Of a stretch of DNA of 64,000 nt, positions 59,166 to 64,000 are shown piece after piece. Below the pieces are notes generated by a model. That model made no database searches. It worked only from the letters and a program-made list of their open reading frames with translations, and was not told the origin of the DNA. Position numbers and translations under genes: made by a program. Origin of the DNA: a virus (lineage: Duplodnaviria > Caudoviricetes); IMG/VR virus record IMGVR_UViG_3300035501_000350, positions 1-64,000 of that record; one strand, given 5' to 3'. Within the stretch, counting starts at the first letter, position 1. The number at the start of each line of letters is the position of its first letter.

Positions 59166-59615
59166 TTGAGCGTTTATAGTTATCAGCAACCTCAATATAC
59201 ATATACTCTAGAGCAATTTGCTGCATGTACATCTACTGACACTATGAGTTATCATAATCTGTCGTTTGTTGATACCCATGATGGTATTAAGTTTGATACT
59301 TATAATGTAACAACAGACTACATTGATGAGATAAGAGATGAATACTGTGTTACTGTAAGTCTAACTGATAAAGAATTAGATAAATATAAATATAGACCTA
59401 AACTGTTATGCTATAAGATATATGGTAACGGCGAGTTGGCGTTTCTTATTCTCTTGATAAATGATATGTGCAGTGTTAAAGAGTTTACTAAGAAGAAATT
59501 ACTAATGCCTAAAAAGCAGACAATGAAGAATCTAGTAAAGTATTTATATAATGCTAATAGAGCAGCAATTCAAACCTATAATAATAAAGTAACATCCACT
59601 ATAGATGACGACTAA
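59166..59615 (+). CDS. baseplate wedge (T4 gp53/LysM-like) protein
   Basis: YRPKLLCYKIYGNGELAFLILLIND resembles the RPD..S...YG....W.IL..N motif. Confidence 0.65.
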   Translation: MSVYSYQQPQYTYTLEQFAACTSTDTMSYHNLSFVDTHDGIKFDTYNVTTDYIDEIRDEYCVTVSLTDKELDKYKYRPKLLCYKIYGNGELAFLILLINDMCSVKEFTKKKLLMPKKQTMKNLVKYLYNANRAAIQTYNNKVTSTIDDD

Positions 59616-59635
59616 AGAATCCAGGTAGCAATATG

Positions 59636-61432
59636 CTACCTGGAAACTTTATGGCACATTTCTTTCAATATACGAGGTTCAGTCGTAATATGTATTAAAG
59701 TTTTAGGAGGTGACTGGCTACAATAGCCGAAAGAACTGTGCTCTATGTTAAACGTGGCGATGCCGCTCGCGTTAGCAAACATATTCGATACGTCATTAGT
59801 GGGAAGTCTCACATCATTGAACTGAGTGAAATCCCTAACCTCATTAACTATACCCTGGCCTGTATTAATTCCTGTATTGAGGGCTACTTCCTCACGCATA
59901 GTAGTCTTATGCACTGGCACCGGAGAATAGATATCCTCAACAAACTTTATAGTATTGTTGATGTAAGGAATGTATACAGTATAGATATCGCCAGGGATAT
60001 AATACCTAGATTTTACTCTCTGCATTCCTAGATACTTATTACTATCCTTATCAAACTCAGGAGCTATAAGAGCAATCCAATCACTATTCTCAATAATAAG
60101 ATTAGATTCACCTACATTGCTTCTACCTATCAATCTAACCAAATCAGCTTTATTCTTAATTCTAGCTTCATCAATAGATGCTGTTGCTGTTCTGTTAAGC
60201 TGAGATGCTGTGATAACAGGGATATTCTTCAATGTAGCAAATACTTTAAACTCATTAATTACAGCTCCAAGTTGAAGTCTAAGATCTCCATTGTATGAAC
60301 CATCAACAGACTTAATTCTTTTTATATAATCTTGAATCATACAGATTACTTCATAACCTTCATCTTCAAGATCTTCACACAGAGTATACAGATAAGATGT
60401 ATCCTCTGATAGATTAGGTCTGAATTTTACTATGAGGTCTATTGGATCCCCATCTGATACATGTAATCCTCCCTGAGTCTTAAGAACATCCATGAACTCA
60501 TCTTCGCTATAATTAGTCATGTCTGCTCCTACACACATGCTAAAGATTCTCTGTACTGTTTCTTTAATGGAGTTCTCCATTACTAATAGAACTACGCATG
60601 GTCTTTTTGTAGGGTCTGCACACACATAGTTCTTATTATATCTTTTTAGTTCTATAGCCATATCAATCAATGTAGAAGATTTACCCTCTCCAGGAAGACC
60701 AAGCAATGTATAAACTCTAGTTGCTTCTACTCCACCACCAGTAAGAATATTTAAAGCTTGTGTTCCAAATATTAATCTATTGGATGGAGACGTAAGCTGT
60801 CTATATGTAGCTTGCATTGACTGAATATAATTCTCTCCAGTAAGAGAGAATGTAAGATCTTCTGAGTTGTTAGCTCTAGACCTTCTAAATTTTACTTGAA
60901 GCCTTGTAACCCAATCTTCTATTTGACTTACAATGATTCCTCTGTTAGCATAATCTGTTGCCTTGAATTTTTGCAATAGAGCTAAACCTTCATCCACATC
61001 ATTATAGATAACAGAGTACTTTAGGATTTCACTTACAGATGTATTTACCCATTCCACTTCAGAGTTATTTAATTCACGAAATGAATTTTGATTTCCAGAA
61101 CCAAATCCTCCATAGATATGATTGAAAATCATATCAGTAGTTGTTAAATTATAATCTAATCTTGCCTCTATACCTTTCGTGATGAACTCAATTCTTCCAA
61201 GACGTTCTTGGTCATTTCCATAGTTGCTAATATCCATAATGAGAAATAGATTTCTAAGATTAATGATATTTCCTCTACGGATAGAACGGTTCTCTGAAAG
61301 TATATATGAACACATCAAATCTAATTCAGTTATATCAAATTTGACGTCAATTTTTAAATTCTTATTTTTAACTGGAGATGCAGCCACACCCCCACTATAC
61401 TTCTGCCTTCTGTTGGATTCCATTAGTCCCAT
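59636..61432 (-). CDS. dnaB: replicative DNA helicase DnaB
   Basis: Walker A GLPGEGKS, VMEN, IQDYI, PVITASQLNR, VGESNLIIENSD, VKSRY. Confidence 0.9.
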   Translation of the reverse strand: MGLMESNRRQKYSGGVAASPVKNKNLKIDVKFDITELDLMCSYILSENRSIRRGNIINLRNLFLIMDISNYGNDQERLGRIEFITKGIEARLDYNLTTTDMIFNHIYGGFGSGNQNSFRELNNSEVEWVNTSVSEILKYSVIYNDVDEGLALLQKFKATDYANRGIIVSQIEDWVTRLQVKFRRSRANNSEDLTFSLTGENYIQSMQATYRQLTSPSNRLIFGTQALNILTGGGVEATRVYTLLGLPGEGKSSTLIDMAIELKRYNKNYVCADPTKRPCVVLLVMENSIKETVQRIFSMCVGADMTNYSEDEFMDVLKTQGGLHVSDGDPIDLIVKFRPNLSEDTSYLYTLCEDLEDEGYEVICMIQDYIKRIKSVDGSYNGDLRLQLGAVINEFKVFATLKNIPVITASQLNRTATASIDEARIKNKADLVRLIGRSNVGESNLIIENSDWIALIAPEFDKDSNKYLGMQRVKSRYYIPGDIYTVYIPYINNTIKFVEDIYSPVPVHKTTMREEVALNTGINTGQGIVNEVRDFTQFNDVRLPTNDVSNMFANASGIATFNIEHSSFGYCSQSPPKTLIHITTEPRILKEMCHKVSR

Positions 61433-61489
61433 CAGCTCCAGTCTGGACGCATATAATACTATGATGTGGTTAGCATTATATTTTATATA

Positions 61490-61891
61490 TCACTTACCAG
61501 AAACACCAATCCCCATATAGTTTTTAGCCATTTTTTCATCTACCATCTTGCGTTCCCATTCTTCCATTCTATTGTATTCATCACAGTGTTCAAGAATCTT
61601 CCGTTGTAGTGTTTCTTTGAACCTATCAATCTGTGCAAAATAGCTAGCCCTAATATAACAAGAGCAAACAAGCTCAAATACTATGATTGCTGTAAGAATT
61701 AAGATGCTTCTAGGCGGTATGGTACGTAGTATTGATAGTACGATTACTACAATGTATGCGATAGTGTTAAGGACTACCATAAGATTGCATAAAGTGCTAT
61801 AAAGCATAAAAATGACGGACGACAGCACAGTTATAGTAATGGCTTGATTACCGCCAACCTCATAGCATTCATCTACAGTTCTAAATACCAT
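61490..61891 (-). CDS. membrane protein (3 predicted TM segments)
   Basis: hydrophobic N-terminal two-thirds, charged C-terminus. Confidence 0.65.
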   Translation of the reverse strand: MVFRTVDECYEVGGNQAITITVLSSVIFMLYSTLCNLMVVLNTIAYIVVIVLSILRTIPPRSILILTAIIVFELVCSCYIRASYFAQIDRFKETLQRKILEHCDEYNRMEEWERKMVDEKMAKNYMGIGVSGK

Positions 61892-61894
61892 GTA

Positions 61895-63019
61895 TTACTC
61901 TCCTTCCAATAACTTAATTAATTCATCTGAAGTTATAAACTCATAGCCCTCATTCTGATTAATATACATGATGAATTTATCATAGTCACTAATCTCTGGG
62001 TCTATGATATATGAATATTGCTTATTAGCTTCAAGAACTTCTTGATCTATCTGCTGCATCTGTTTCTCTTTAGCATCAATCTCTTGAAGTTTCACATCCT
62101 GGGAAGTTCTAAAATAGTTCCTTACTATATTCATATTCTCTCCAGGATTATTAAACTGAACTCTAATAAAATCAATACCCTGTTGCTGTTTAGTCTGTTT
62201 AATCCAGTCTATGATTGCTTTAGGATCTTCATTCAACAGATGGTCAATATTAATTGTAGCATATATATGAGACTTTATAGGAATCAATTCAGTATAATGC
62301 ATCCTAGTATTAGCATTGTACAGAGTAACAAGAAATCCCTTTTCTTCTTCCTCTCCAAACTTAAACCTAAATGCAGACCCATTATAGTAAGCATATTCAT
62401 CATATACGCTTGGGATATGATAATGCCCCATTATAATTGGCCCAGCGCAATTACAGAAATGCTTAATGCTAAATATTGGAGCATGGGCTGTATTTAGAGT
62501 AGATATTTCTGTTCCATGGAATGAGCCATTGTATGTACCATGTAATAAACACATATCATATCTACCAGATTCATATAAGACTTTAGTATATTCTTCTTCT
62601 GGAATACCATACAGTTCAGGAATACAAAGAATCCTTAGTCCTTTAACCATCTCAAACTGGATATTCTCTACGATCCTGAAGTCTAAACCTGGTTGATTCA
62701 TGTAATGGTAGAATAGAGATAATTGTCCTGCATCGTGGCTTTGAGTTCCGGCTATGATAATTAGAGTAGCATTCTTCATTCTGCATAGAGCGCTCAAGTC
62801 ATCAATGAATTGAATCGCATATGTAATAGCTTGATTACCACTAAACATTCTTGAATGAAAAATATCTCCAACTACAGCAACAGCATCAAAGTCTAAAACA
62901 CTAATCCTGGAAATGAATTGAATCTTTAATTGCTCATACATATACTTTGGATCTTCTGGGCAACCAAAGTGTATATCTGCTATAGTTACAAGTTTGAATA
63001 CGTTGTTTGTGTAAGACAT
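61895..63019 (-). CDS. sbcD: SbcD/Mre11-like metallophosphoesterase nuclease
   Basis: ADIHFG, GDIFH, GTQSHD, HG, GHYH, YNGS. Confidence 0.9.
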   Translation of the reverse strand: MSYTNNVFKLVTIADIHFGCPEDPKYMYEQLKIQFISRISVLDFDAVAVVGDIFHSRMFSGNQAITYAIQFIDDLSALCRMKNATLIIIAGTQSHDAGQLSLFYHYMNQPGLDFRIVENIQFEMVKGLRILCIPELYGIPEEEYTKVLYESGRYDMCLLHGTYNGSFHGTEISTLNTAHAPIFSIKHFCNCAGPIIMGHYHIPSVYDEYAYYNGSAFRFKFGEEEEKGFLVTLYNANTRMHYTELIPIKSHIYATINIDHLLNEDPKAIIDWIKQTKQQQGIDFIRVQFNNPGENMNIVRNYFRTSQDVKLQEIDAKEKQMQQIDQEVLEANKQYSYIIDPEISDYDKFIMYINQNEGYEFITSDELIKLLEGE

Positions 63020-63711
63020 TGGTCCACCGCCTCACTGGAGTCTATCTCTTTAATGTCGTTCTGACGGTAACTCTTGATATATTCATCTGTTATTGCTCTG
63101 CATTGATTATAAACTAAAACCATATCTTGTTCAGCATCAACTTCATAGCCATGTTTAGCCAGTCCAAGCTTCTTATACATGGTATGGCAATATCTATAAC
63201 CTTCATTGATATTAGTATGGTAAACTAAACCCTTACGATCAAGCAGGTTAGTTTCTCTATTATTTTCTTTGATTCTCTTTAACCCTGTTTCTGCACTGAT
63301 ATTTAAGGTTATCTGTATATGAGGCCATATTGCTACTAACCGCTGGATAGCCATTACATCATCAACAGATATATCACCATTACCAAGAACACTTTGATAG
63401 ACAATACTTGAAGTTACATATCTATCACAGATAACTATCTCTCCATTTTCAAGTTTAGGCATGATTATTTGTTTTGTATTTATATTTCTTGAAGCAGAGA
63501 ATAATAGTAATTGAGTTAAAGAATCTAGATCTTCGTTAGTTACTATATCTCTAATCATATTGCCTACTTTGCTGGCTCCTGGCTCTTTGGTATAAGAGCA
63601 CATATAGTCATGAGCTGTATAGTAATCTACTAAGCTCTTAGCTATAGTAGTCTTACCTGAACCTTCACCTCCTTCGAGAACTATAAATATTCCTCCATTG
63701 ATAGTTTTCAT
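62986..63711 (-). CDS. tmk: thymidylate (dTMP) kinase
   Basis: FIVLEGGEGSGKTT, TKEPG, ICDRYVTSSIVYQ. Confidence 0.93.
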   Translation of the reverse strand: MKTINGGIFIVLEGGEGSGKTTIAKSLVDYYTAHDYMCSYTKEPGASKVGNMIRDIVTNEDLDSLTQLLLFSASRNINTKQIIMPKLENGEIVICDRYVTSSIVYQSVLGNGDISVDDVMAIQRLVAIWPHIQITLNISAETGLKRIKENNRETNLLDRKGLVYHTNINEGYRYCHTMYKKLGLAKHGYEVDAEQDMVLVYNQCRAITDEYIKSYRQNDIKEIDSSEAVDQCLTQTTYSNL

Positions 63712-63723
63712 CTAATACACCTC

Positions 63724-63972
63724 TTATAGTTTCTTATTCTTGTAGTAGTGTATAATTAGTTCTTGTACTCCATGCATCAGACAAGATATGATAAATAGCA
63801 TCTTTTCTTGATCGTATTCATCTTTAAATTCGTATTCTCCATCATAGAATTGAATTCTCTCTACATCTTTTCTATTTTGAGCATTGCGAATGATTTCAAT
63901 ATTAATTTGCTTTCCTTCGCCGGTCTTCATAAGAACGTACGTGATGGAGAATCCATTCTCTCTATAGATCAT
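63724..63972 (-). CDS. hypothetical protein (may extend beyond the window edge)
   Basis: ORF upstream of tmk. Confidence 0.5.
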   Translation of the reverse strand: MIYRENGFSITYVLMKTGEGKQINIEIIRNAQNRKDVERIQFYDGEYEFKDEYDQEKMLFIISCLMHGVQELIIHYYKNKKL

Positions 63973-64000
63973 TGCTGCTGTTCTTCTTGGATCGCATCCC

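Noticed and set aside
5674-61432. Introns or inteins in RNAP, gyrase, RecA or DnaB
   Set aside because: ORFs are continuous and of plausible length, with no intein splice motifs seen.
1-64000. Stop-codon reassignment seen in some gut jumbo phages
   Set aside because: Core genes are full length in the standard code, and TAA, TAG and TGA all end genes at sensible positions.

Overview
A 64 kb segment of an AT-rich jumbo phage of the phiKZ/AR9-like kind, standard genetic code. The host is probably a Gram-positive Firmicute, inferred from the strong GGAGG RBSs, the CHAP-SH3 and glucosaminidase lysins, and a Bacillus-type tRNA-Ile2. Core genes include split multisubunit RNA polymerase beta fragments, SbcC/SbcD, NAD-dependent ligase, RecA, a tubulin/FtsZ-family protein, type IIA topoisomerase A and B subunits, DnaB, a Dda/RecD-like helicase and thymidylate kinase. 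The main discovery is at ~21.4-38.2 kb. Around two tail-fibre genes sit 13 paralogous putative receptor-binding genes of two families, with a 14th orphan copy at 43.9 kb. Ten of them begin immediately after a copy of a degenerate 22-bp site (consensus yTArTwvACTwTmTAACTATTT). Eight sites are the ends of four near-identical 87-bp hairpin-containing spacers found in both orientations. The other two form a perfect 22-bp inverted repeat around a 373-bp segment holding one late-type promoter. This suggests a multi-cassette 'promoter shufflon' in which inversions place one of ~10 whole adhesin cassettes under a single promoter. No recombinase gene is visible in the window, so the mechanism is inference. 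All family assignments come from motif recognition by eye; no database searches were run.
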